A DNA stretch of 30,890 nt. It comes from an archaeon (GTDB lineage: Archaea > Undinarchaeota > Undinarchaeia > Undinarchaeales > JBDRKL01). The position numbers were made by a program, and so were the translations under genes. Shown here piece after piece: positions 16,386 to 24,071 of this stretch. The notes below the pieces were generated by a model that saw only the letters and a program-made list of their open reading frames with translations, ran no database searches and had not been told where the DNA came from. Position 1 is the stretch's first letter. Each line of letters begins with the position of its first letter. Where the stretch lies: assembly GCA_043814055.1 (NCBI GenBank), contig JBDRKL010000003.1:1-30890 (forward strand), given 5' to 3'.

Positions 16386-18059
16386 CTATTTCTCTGTTTT
16401 CTGCAAATCATAAAGCCGGTCCATCCGCTCCAAACTGTCCGCATCCTGCGCCCCCTTGTCCTCGCGGATTCTCCTCACCCGCGGAAACCGCAGGGCAAAC
16501 CCGGACTCATAGGTCGGGCTCCTCTGAATCTGCTCATACCCAATCTCCACGACGAGCTCAGGCTTGAGCGTGACTTCCGCGCCTTCCTCCTTCAAAATCA
16601 GCGGCTTCAGCAGTTCAGTTAAATGCTCCAAATCAGCATCACTCAACCCAGTCCCAACGCGGCCAATCTCAACGAACTCGCCGCTCTCCTGCTCCCTTGC
16701 GCCGAGCACAAAAGAGCCAAGCCAATTAGCACGACGGCCCTCGCCCCAGGTGGCTCCAATAATAACCAGGTCAAGCGACTCAAGCTCGGGCTTGAGCTTC
16801 TGCATATGCTTCACCCTTGAGCCCGGCGTGTAAGGTGACTTGAGGTTCTTAATCATCGCGCCCTCGTGCCCCTGCTCCAAGGCATCCTTGTAAAACTTCT
16901 CAGCCTCCTTGACATCAGAAGTGACAATCTGCTTCGCGAGCGAGAAATTGTCCTGCTCCTCAAGAATCTCCTCCAGCTTCTTTCTGCGCTCTTCAAAAGG
17001 CTTATCAACCCAGGTCTCCCCATTAAGGTAAAGCAGGTCAAACAAGTTGGTCACAACAGGAATCTGCTCCATAATTTCCTCAACTCCATACTTTCTTTTT
17101 ATCCTCCTTGACAACTGCTGGAATGGCTGCGGCTTTTTTGTCTTTGGGTCAACCCCAACAGTCTCGCCCTCCACAATGCACTGCTTTGCCTTGAGGCATT
17201 TCCTCGCCGGGGCGGCTATGTCCGGGAACTGCTTTGTTACGTCATCCAACCTCCTTGTGAAAACTTTTATGCTATCCCCGTCCTTGTGAATCTGAGTCCT
17301 CATTCCGTCATACTTGAATTCAAACGCGGCCTCCCCGCCCATTGCGTCAATCCCCTCTTTTGCGCTCAGAACTTTCTGCGCGAGCATCGGCTTGAGCGGC
17401 CTGCCAACTTTCAGGCTGAGCTTTTCCAGCTTCTTCTTCCCGCCCTTCTTCGCAATCTGCGCAATCTCGCCCATATCATTCCGCACGCTGTAGGCCCGCT
17501 CCACAACATCCGCAGGAACATTGAACGCTTTTGAAACTGCCTCTCTCAAAATACCCTCGGCAACTCCAATCCTCATCTCGCCGAGCACTGTGCGCACGAT
17601 ATATTTTCCCTCTGCCGGCTCCGCGCTTGAGAGTAATTCTGAAATCATTGAAACCTTTGAATCAACCGAGCCTGCCCCTGTCTGCTCAGGTATCCTGACA
17701 AACCGCTCATAAACTCTATTGACTGTAAGGTCGCTTGAGGCGAGAGTGGTCTGCTTTTTCTTTTTCAAAAGCTCCTCAACTGCTTCCCCAATATCCCCTG
17801 ATTTCTTGATTTGCTCTTTAATCTCCTTCTCGCTCAAGCCAGTTGCCTTTGTAACAGACTTGGTAATCAGGCTCTCAGCAACCCCAAGCTCGGTCTCCAT
17901 CCAGCTCGGGAACACCGAGCCCTTGAGCAGGACAACAACCGTGGGAAGAATATCAGCAGGACACTTTTTCAAAAACTCAGCTATAATGTCGCGCTTCTCA
18001 AGCTTCTTAGTCGTGGACTCAAGCTCGTGATAAACCTTGGCAAGTTCGGAGTAGTGCAT
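16386..18059 (-). CDS. lig: ATP-dependent DNA ligase
   Basis: Motif I EFKYDGMR, VEGE, FDLLY, EGAMIK, LDLVIIG, ALRFPR; ATG 18059 fits the TTTAAATA box upstream. Confidence 0.97.
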   Translation of the reverse strand: MHYSELAKVYHELESTTKKLEKRDIIAEFLKKCPADILPTVVVLLKGSVFPSWMETELGVAESLITKSVTKATGLSEKEIKEQIKKSGDIGEAVEELLKKKKQTTLASSDLTVNRVYERFVRIPEQTGAGSVDSKVSMISELLSSAEPAEGKYIVRTVLGEMRIGVAEGILREAVSKAFNVPADVVERAYSVRNDMGEIAQIAKKGGKKKLEKLSLKVGRPLKPMLAQKVLSAKEGIDAMGGEAAFEFKYDGMRTQIHKDGDSIKVFTRRLDDVTKQFPDIAAPARKCLKAKQCIVEGETVGVDPKTKKPQPFQQLSRRIKRKYGVEEIMEQIPVVTNLFDLLYLNGETWVDKPFEERRKKLEEILEEQDNFSLAKQIVTSDVKEAEKFYKDALEQGHEGAMIKNLKSPYTPGSRVKHMQKLKPELESLDLVIIGATWGEGRRANWLGSFVLGAREQESGEFVEIGRVGTGLSDADLEHLTELLKPLILKEEGAEVTLKPELVVEIGYEQIQRSPTYESGFALRFPRVRRIREDKGAQDADSLERMDRLYDLQKTEK

Positions 18060-18159
18060 ACACAAGCTAAATCTCTTTTTTATTTAAACCTTCTTGGGAG
18101 GTGAGTCCTCTGCGCCTGGCTGTGGAGCCGGGGTAAGAAATATTGCACGAGGGGCAATT

Positions 18160-18459
18160 CTAATCTTTCAGTTCGTCTTTTAGCTCTCTAATCAATTGTT
18201 TACTCTCCTCCAACCAATCTCGCCTAGGATCCATGCTGCACGAGCCCATATTACGAATGTTATTCACTACAGTCCAGCACTTTGATGCAGTAGAATCCGT
18301 ATGCATCTTGTCCTTAAAAATTTTCTTCATAAGTTTTTGGAATTCCTCGTCTAATTCTTCGAATTCCTCTGTAAATCCAGTATATCCATCTTTCCCAGCT
18401 TTGTATATTTTTGTCAAAAGCACAAGCAAATCTCTTTTATCGCCCATACCTATTCTCAT
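18160..18459 (-). CDS. Hypothetical protein (AT-rich)
   Basis: 99-aa charged ORF, more AT-rich than its neighbours; no motif. Confidence 0.5.
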   Translation of the reverse strand: MRIGMGDKRDLLVLLTKIYKAGKDGYTGFTEEFEELDEEFQKLMKKIFKDKMHTDSTASKCWTVVNNIRNMGSCSMDPRRDWLEESKQLIRELKDELKD

Positions 18460-18640
18460 GTCCTAAGTTCCTTTTATAATTAATCCCAGTTCGACTAACT
18501 TGGTTTTCGATGTACTATAGCAGGCTAAGGTGGGGCTGAAACCTAATGTGGTTTCCGATGGACTAGCTCAGTAAGACCGCAACATCTGTTTGACCACAGG
18601 CAATCAACTAGCCCAGTAGTGCTGTAGCATCAAAAACTTC

Positions 18641-18765
18641 ATGCAGCACAAAGCGCCGCCCGATTTTGCGGGCGGTGGGAGAAAGCGCGCCTCCGTGGCT
18701 GCATCATCGGCGCACTTTTCCCTTTGGTTGGGTGGGAGATTGGAGAAGCATAAAGCCTCCCCAAT
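18641..18765 (-). ncRNA. Candidate structured RNA (three stems plus pseudoknot) downstream of ftsZ
   Basis: Stems 18739-18765, 18677-18722 and 18656-18675; loop 18698-18704 is complementary to 18641-18647. G-U pairs favour the minus strand. Confidence 0.4.
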
Positions 18766-18776
18766 ATTCAGTTAAG

Positions 18777-19868
18777 TCAAGAAACGTAATCTATGCAAAG
18801 CTCCTGGAGCATCTCAGGTTTTGCCTCGTCGGGCAGCATTATCCTCGGCTCAAACTTGCTGTTCTTCCCAACGATATTCGGGCTGTTCACTCCGGTGATG
18901 ATGGTCATTATGCGCATCTTGTCCCCGAGCGTTGGGTCAACCCGCGCACCCCAGATGACGTGCGCTGTTGGTGAGAGCTGGGATGAAATCATCTTGCTCG
19001 CCTTTGTCACTTCCGCAAGTGTCATACTGGGTCCGCCGCTCACGTGGATTATAGCACCGTTCCCACCGGTTGCGTCAACGTCAATGAGCGGGTGCTTGAG
19101 CGCGCAGTTCACACACTCCTCAGCATTTGTTCCTTCACCGACTCCAATCATTGCAACTCCGCCGCCGGTCATTATTGTCCTGATGTCCGCGTAGTCCAAA
19201 TTGACCAGGCTCGGCGTGGTTATGGTCTCTGAAATTCCCTTTATCATTCCAGCAATCAGATTGTCCGCATAGGCGAACGCGTCGTTCAGCGGGAGGTGAG
19301 GAACCAGCTCGACAAGCTTGTTGTTGTCAATGACTATGACTGTATCGCAGTTTTCGCGGAGCTCCATCAGCCCTTCCTCTGCCTTGTAGAGCCTGGCTTT
19401 TTCCATGTCAAATGGCGTTGTGACTGAGGCAACAACTATTGCTCCCTCGGATTTTGCAATCTCCGCGACAACAGGCAATGAGCCGGTTCCGGTTCCGCCG
19501 CCAAGCCCGCACGTGAGGAATACGAGGTGTGCGCCCCTGAGCTTCTGCCTGAGTTCGTTCCTGCTCTGCTGAGCTGCCTGCCGGCCAATTTCCGGGTAGC
19601 CGCCAGCGCCGAGCCCTTGTGTGAGCTGTTCACCTATGAGTATTTTTGAATCAGCCTTTGAGAAATTAAGATGCTGGGCATCAGTGTTAATAGAGATTGT
19701 TTTTGCCCCCTTCGCGCCTCCCATTCCCATTAGCCGTGTGACTGAATTATTGCCAGCTCCGCCTGCACCCACTACGAGTATCCTGGCCTCGCCGACCTGT
19801 ATCGGTTCTTTTATTTGCTCTTTCAATTCTTCTGCTCTGCTCAGGAGTTTCCTCACGTCAAAGTTCAT
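18777..19868 (-). CDS. ftsZ: Cell division protein FtsZ (FtsZ2-type)
   Basis: [23 protein letters not shown] signature, NLDYAD; PFxxExARxxKAEEGL and [12 protein letters not shown] resemble archaeal FtsZ2. ATG 19868 preferred to TTG 19889. Confidence 0.95.
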   Translation of the reverse strand: MNFDVRKLLSRAEELKEQIKEPIQVGEARILVVGAGGAGNNSVTRLMGMGGAKGAKTISINTDAQHLNFSKADSKILIGEQLTQGLGAGGYPEIGRQAAQQSRNELRQKLRGAHLVFLTCGLGGGTGTGSLPVVAEIAKSEGAIVVASVTTPFDMEKARLYKAEEGLMELRENCDTVIVIDNNKLVELVPHLPLNDAFAYADNLIAGMIKGISETITTPSLVNLDYADIRTIMTGGGVAMIGVGEGTNAEECVNCALKHPLIDVDATGGNGAIIHVSGGPSMTLAEVTKASKMISSQLSPTAHVIWGARVDPTLGDKMRIMTIITGVNSPNIVGKNSKFEPRIMLPDEAKPEMLQELCIDYVS

Positions 19869-20082
19869 TTTTGCCCCCTTTGCGGACAAGTCAAAAAGCT
19901 TATATAGCCCTGAGACTTACCGCTGATTAATTGTTTTAAAATTGGATAGTAACCTGAATAGGGCTGTTCAACAAATCGAGTCAAACCAAACACAAAACCG
20001 ATGTCAGTTGCCGCTGACGATGAAAGTTTTGAATTTAGTTCTAATTGTGCTATAATCTGGGGTGATTTATATAGGTTTCTCA

Positions 20083-20559
20083 TTAAATTTCAAGTTCCAA
20101 ACTCTCTTTTATCGGCTCGTAAACTATGTTGCTCACCACTTTGTCAACCCCGGCAACTTCCCTTACCTGGTCCAAAATGAACTTTCCCATCTCGTCCAAA
20201 TTCTTCGCCTTTACTTTTATCAGCAGGTCCCACTCCCCTGCCATTATGTAAACTGCCTGAATCTGCGGGAACTTCGCGAGCTTCTTCGCAATCTCCCTCT
20301 GTGAAACAATCTTGTCCCCCCTCGGTCTATGCGAGTAAGAAATCTGCAGAAAGTTCGTGACTTCCCTGTCAAGCTTCTTCCCGTCCAGCACAGCGTGATA
20401 CCCTTTGATAATCCCAAGCTGCTCCATCCTGCGAATTTTCGCATACACAGTGCTCGTCAAGCTTCCAATCTCCTTTGCAACCTGCTTGGCGCTCTTCTTG
20501 CTGTTGTTCTGAATTATGCGCAGAATTTCAAGGTCGTTCCCGTCGAGCTTTACTTCCAT
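20083..20559 (-). CDS. Lrp/AsnC-family transcriptional regulator
   Basis: LDGNDLEILRIIQNNS...STVYAKIRRMEQLGIIKGY...MAGEWDLLIKV; divergent from the asparagine synthetase gene. Confidence 0.92.
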   Translation of the reverse strand: MEVKLDGNDLEILRIIQNNSKKSAKQVAKEIGSLTSTVYAKIRRMEQLGIIKGYHAVLDGKKLDREVTNFLQISYSHRPRGDKIVSQREIAKKLAKFPQIQAVYIMAGEWDLLIKVKAKNLDEMGKFILDQVREVAGVDKVVSNIVYEPIKESLELEI

Positions 20560-20670
20560 TTTTATAAAATTTATAAATTTAAGTATATAAATCTATGTAT
20601 TTTTGATATTTTTATAAAAAATATTGGGATAATCTTATTAAGCACTTCTCACACTAAACAAGAGATTAAA

Positions 20671-20767
20671 ATGAAAACAGAAACTGAAATACGGAATCTA
20701 TGACGCAGGCCTAGCGGGAACGCTGGGCGTCCCTAAAACCGGTGGTAAACCGGACCTGAGTTCTGTG
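20671..20767 (+). promoter_or_regulatory. Leader ORF MKTETEIRNL* and structured leader in front of the asparagine synthetase GTG
   Basis: TTATTAAG at 20635-20642, ATG 20671, TGA 20701-20703. Hairpins at 20702-20731 and 20739-20753; 20690-20697 can pair with 20760-20767. Confidence 0.55.
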
Positions 20768-21628
20768 CTGAAAATTCAGCACGAAATCATTGGAAGCGCG
20801 AGAGACTTTTTGGCAAAGGAAGGCTTTTTTGAAATTCTCCCGGTATTGCTCTCTGCTGAGACAGACCCCTTGTGCCACGAGGTAGTGGATGCAAAAATCC
20901 CCTACTGCGGCATGGAGTTTTTTCTAATGAAGAGCATGATACTCCACAAGCAAATCGCGCTCAAGCACCTTGACAAGATTTTCTGCTTCTCGCCAAACAT
21001 TCGGCTTGAGACTGAAGAAAAGCGGGACAGCGGAAGGCACCTGCTGGAGTTCACCCAGCTTGACCTTGAGGTAAAGGGCGCGAAACGCGACGAAATCCTT
21101 AGCCTTGGTGAGAAACTGTTTTCCTACGTGATGCTCAGCGTGCTCAAAAAGCACAGGGCTGACCTCAGCCGCCTGACAATGCCTTTAGTGCCCTTCAGGC
21201 GTATAACCTATGCGGATGCTGTGGAGAAATATGGTCTTGACTTCGAGTTAAAGCTTTCAACTGAGGCGAAAAGCCCGGTCTGGCTCATAGACATTCCAAT
21301 AGAAAAAAGGGAATTCTATGACCGTGAGGACCCAGCGCGGCCTGGCATTCTGCTGGACTACGACCTAATCTACCCAGAAGGATTCGGAGAAGCACTCTCG
21401 GGCGGGGAGCGGGAGTTTGAATATGGCAAAGTCGTTGAGCGGATAAAAAAGGCAGGCGGCTCGCCTGAAAAATTCGCCAAGTATCTTGAAGTAGTGAAGG
21501 AAGGCATACCTCCTTCAGCAGGATTTGGCATAGGCATAGAGCGCCTAACTCGCTACATCTGCGACCTGGAGCACGTCAAGGACGCGCGGCTCTTTGCGAA
21601 GGTGCCGGGAGGTGGCCTAACACTGTAG
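20765..21628 (+). CDS. asnA: Archaeal asparagine synthetase A (AsnRS-like paralogue lacking the anticodon-binding domain)
   Basis: TDPL, SMILHKQ, SPNIRLE, GRHLLEFTQLDLE, REFYDRE, GEALSGGERE, PSAGFGIGIERL; no N-terminal OB fold. True start uncertain. Confidence 0.85.
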   Translation: MLKIQHEIIGSARDFLAKEGFFEILPVLLSAETDPLCHEVVDAKIPYCGMEFFLMKSMILHKQIALKHLDKIFCFSPNIRLETEEKRDSGRHLLEFTQLDLEVKGAKRDEILSLGEKLFSYVMLSVLKKHRADLSRLTMPLVPFRRITYADAVEKYGLDFELKLSTEAKSPVWLIDIPIEKREFYDREDPARPGILLDYDLIYPEGFGEALSGGEREFEYGKVVERIKKAGGSPEKFAKYLEVVKEGIPPSAGFGIGIERLTRYICDLEHVKDARLFAKVPGGGLTL

Positions 21629-21635
21629 GTCGCAA

Positions 21636-21746
21636 TGTCCCTGTGGCTCTCCGCCAAACTGCGGAGGGGAGTTACGTCGTGCCATTCACGCTTCGCGTGA
21701 AAGGCACATAGTGGGTTCATCTGTGGTAATAGTGCCCCTGTGGCTC
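21636..21746 (+). repeat. Twin-hairpin element between direct repeats of the tRNA-Asn 5' end
   Basis: TGTCCCTGTGGCTC (21636-21649) vs TGCCCCTGTGGCTC (21733-21746); hairpins at 21647-21668 and 21679-21707. Confidence 0.6.
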
Positions 21747-21805
21747 AATGGCAGAGCACTCCGCTGTTAACGGAGAGACTGTTGGTTCAACTCCAGCCGG
21801 GGGCG
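21734..21805 (+). tRNA. tRNA-Asn(GTT)
   Basis: Cloverleaf: acceptor GCCCCTG/CGGGGGC, D-stem GCTC/GAGC, anticodon arm CTCCG-CTGTTAA-CGGAG, T-arm GTTGG-TTCAACT-CCAGC, G73. Confidence 0.95.
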
Positions 21806-21851
21806 CTCATCTTCGCAAAACTTTATATGCCAAAACGGAGTATGCATAACT

Positions 21852-23135
21852 ATGACTTTCATCTCAATCAAGGACGCGCAGAAGGACGGCAAGGACGTTG
21901 AAGTTCGCGGCTGGGTGCACAGGCACCGGGGCAGCAACAAGTTCGTCTTTTTCGTGCTCCGCGACTCGTCTGGAATTATGCAATGCGTCGTGCCCAGTGA
22001 AAACAAGTTCTTCAAGACCGCTGAAAAATTAACAATAGAATCCTCAGTTGAGCTTAAGGGCAAGGTCAAGAAAGACGACCGCGCTCCAGGAGGCTTCGAG
22101 CTCCACGTGAAAGACCTGAAACTCATCGGCGCATCAGACACTTTCCCAATCTCTAAGGACAAGGGAACTGAGCATTTGCTGGACAACCGCCACTTGTGGC
22201 TCAGAAGCCAATACATGACCGCGGTTCTAAAAATCCGCCACACAGTCATCGGGGCGATACACGAGTTCTTCCGCTCAAAAGGATACTACGAGTTTGACCC
22301 TCCAATACTCACGCCCTGCGCTTGCGAGGGCTCAATGACACTCTTTAAGGTCAACTACTTCGACGAGGTAATGTATCTCTCCCAGAGCTGGCAGCTCTAC
22401 GCAGAGGCAGGTATCTTTGCGCTTGAAAAAATCTACGACGTCGCGCCCACGTTCCGCTCAGAGCCTTCAAAGACTTCAATGCATATCGCGGAGTTCTGGA
22501 TGGCTGAGATGGAGGCTGCGTGGATGCATCTTGATGAAATAACTGAAGTTGCAAAAGAGGAAATCAAGTTCATAATCCAAAAAGTCCTGAAGGAAAACAA
22601 AGGCGAGTTAGAAATCCTTGAGCGCGACATCAAGCTCCTTGAGAAATACGCCAAGGAAAAATACCCGACAATAACTTACACCGAGGCTGTGGACATACTC
22701 AACACGAAGTGCGGGATGAAATTTGAATGGGGCAAGGACCTCCGCACCAAGGAAGAGGAAGCCCTTGGCAAACACTTCGGCGTTCCAGTCATAGTCACAA
22801 GATATCCAAAAGACATAATGGCGTTCTACAAGCCAGCTGACCCAAAAGACCCCAAGGTCGCTCTGTGCTTTGACATGATTGCACCAGAGGGCTACCGCGA
22901 AATAGTCGGCGGGTCAGAGCGATCAACAGACCAGGCGCAGATGAGGCAGGATCTAAAGAAGAAAGGCGCCGGCGCCGGGGACTATGAATGGTACTTTGAC
23001 CTTCGCAAGTACGGCAGCGTGCCGCACTCGGGCTATGGTGTTGGTGTTGAGCGTGTAATCGCGTGGATTTGCGGCTTGGACAACATCAAGGACGCGGTCA
23101 CGTTCCCGAGGGCGATGAACAGGATGAGGCCATAA
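21852..23135 (+). CDS. asnS: Asparagine--tRNA ligase
   Basis: OB fold (VRGWVHRHR...FFVLRDSSG), RHLWLRS, YLSQSWQLY, EFWMAEME (Asn-type, not Asp-type), EIVGGSER, PHSGYGVGVER. Confidence 0.93.
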   Translation: MTFISIKDAQKDGKDVEVRGWVHRHRGSNKFVFFVLRDSSGIMQCVVPSENKFFKTAEKLTIESSVELKGKVKKDDRAPGGFELHVKDLKLIGASDTFPISKDKGTEHLLDNRHLWLRSQYMTAVLKIRHTVIGAIHEFFRSKGYYEFDPPILTPCACEGSMTLFKVNYFDEVMYLSQSWQLYAEAGIFALEKIYDVAPTFRSEPSKTSMHIAEFWMAEMEAAWMHLDEITEVAKEEIKFIIQKVLKENKGELEILERDIKLLEKYAKEKYPTITYTEAVDILNTKCGMKFEWGKDLRTKEEEALGKHFGVPVIVTRYPKDIMAFYKPADPKDPKVALCFDMIAPEGYREIVGGSERSTDQAQMRQDLKKKGAGAGDYEWYFDLRKYGSVPHSGYGVGVERVIAWICGLDNIKDAVTFPRAMNRMRP

Positions 23136-23147
23136 GGAAAATTTGAA

Positions 23148-23717
23148 ATGACTGAAGAAGAAAAAACCTCTGAACAAGAAAAGACAGAAGCAACAGCCAA
23201 GGCGCTGGAGGCTCTTAGTCAGGCCGTTGTGGAGGAGCTGGAGAGCAAGAAGGCGGAAAGCCTCGGCGCAAGAACAAGAAAACGCCCGGTCGCAGTCCTG
23301 CTTGAGAGTCCGCGAGTCCTGAAAGACCTTGCGAATATTCCTAGAAATTATCTGACGGACCCGAAGGTAGTTGAGGCGGCTGAGCAGGGGCTTGAGAAAA
23401 CGCAGAAGCAGATAATCATTTTCTACCAGCACGCAGTAAGCTTTGGAGATCGGCTGCGTGGACTACTTTTCGTGCTGCTTGGACTGTCAATACTCTCTGC
23501 AGGCATACTTGCAGCGAGCGTTGACCTGTTCACAATCCAGGACTTTCTTGCTTATCTTGCAATTACTGGCATTGGGCAGATACTGATGGTTATAGTCGGT
23601 GTTTCATTGTTTGCATACGGTCTTTCCAAATTGTTCAGCGGCTTCTGGGGCAAAATGAATGAGATGAAGAAAAAGAAAGTGAAACCAAAGTATGTGCAGA
23701 AGAAGTTGAGCTACTAG
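23148..23717 (+). CDS. Hypothetical membrane protein (2 TM)
   Basis: Charged N-terminus, two hydrophobic segments and a Lys-rich tail. Confidence 0.7.
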   Translation: MTEEEKTSEQEKTEATAKALEALSQAVVEELESKKAESLGARTRKRPVAVLLESPRVLKDLANIPRNYLTDPKVVEAAEQGLEKTQKQIIIFYQHAVSFGDRLRGLLFVLLGLSILSAGILAASVDLFTIQDFLAYLAITGIGQILMVIVGVSLFAYGLSKLFSGFWGKMNEMKKKKVKPKYVQKKLSY

Positions 23718-23723
23718 TTGTAA

Positions 23724-23828
23724 AAATATTGGCGCCCCGGAGCGGATCTCCGTCTGCTCACGGAGGGAGAGCTGAGGCATTCAGCTTCGCTGAAGCCTCT
23801 ATAGAAATATTGGCGCCCCGGAGGGGAT
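23724..23828 (+). repeat. Twin-hairpin element between direct repeats of the tRNA-Glu 3' end
   Basis: 24-nt repeat with 1 mismatch (23724-23747 vs 23805-23828); hairpins at 23748-23765 and 23774-23799 are homologous to those at 21647-21707. Confidence 0.7.
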
Positions 23829-23888
23829 TCGAACCCCTGTCCCCGCCGTGAGAGGGCGGAATGATTGACCGGGCTACACTACCAGGGC
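23811..23888 (-). tRNA. tRNA-Glu(CTC), CCA encoded
   Basis: Reverse complement reads GCCCTGG...CCGCC-CTCTCAC-GGCGG...AGGGG-TTCGAAT-CCCCT-CCGGGGC-GCCA. Confidence 0.95.
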
Positions 23889-24018
23889 ACTTTATGTATG
23901 TGTTACACTTTTTCTTTTGGTCAAGCAAACACGCAACAGCGTGTTGCTCAATTCGCTTACGCGAATTCGAGCTTTTCTTCTTAAAGAAAAGGTCGCCGTT
24001 GGCTACACTACCAAGGCA
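23872..24018. repeat. Hairpin-rich segment between direct repeats of the tRNA-Glu 5' end
   Basis: GGCTACACTACCAGGGCA (23872-23889) vs GGCTACACTACCAAGGCA (24001-24018); three hairpins between 23924 and 23991. Confidence 0.65.
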
Positions 24019-24071
24019 ACCTTAGACCAATAAAATGCTCTAATGCATTAATAAGCTTTTTTAAGAACCTA

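Noticed and set aside
18097-18160. GC-rich stem-loop upstream of the ligase promoter as tRNA fragment or ncRNA
   Set aside because: One hairpin (CCTGGCT/AGCCGGG) with weak outer pairing, no cloverleaf or second copy; may simply be a terminator.
18641-18722. HDV-like ribozyme or known riboswitch
   Set aside because: Only 6 nt lie between the would-be P2 and P1 strands, too few for P3/L3, and no recognisable riboswitch consensus; kept only as an unknown structure.
19865-20083. 72-aa ORF upstream of ftsZ as a CdrS-like regulator
   Set aside because: No ribbon-helix-helix pattern, it runs through the ftsZ promoter, and composition is not convincingly coding.
20691-20766. Canonical BHB mRNA intron or selenocysteine/readthrough at UGA 20701
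   Set aside because: I could not build a 4-bp central helix with two 3-nt bulges; in-frame readthrough hits TAA at 20734-20736.
21852-23135. Aspartyl-tRNA synthetase assignment
   Set aside because: Motif 2 region reads EFWMAEME and YLSQSWQLY, typical of AsnRS, and the tRNA-Asn/asnA context agrees.
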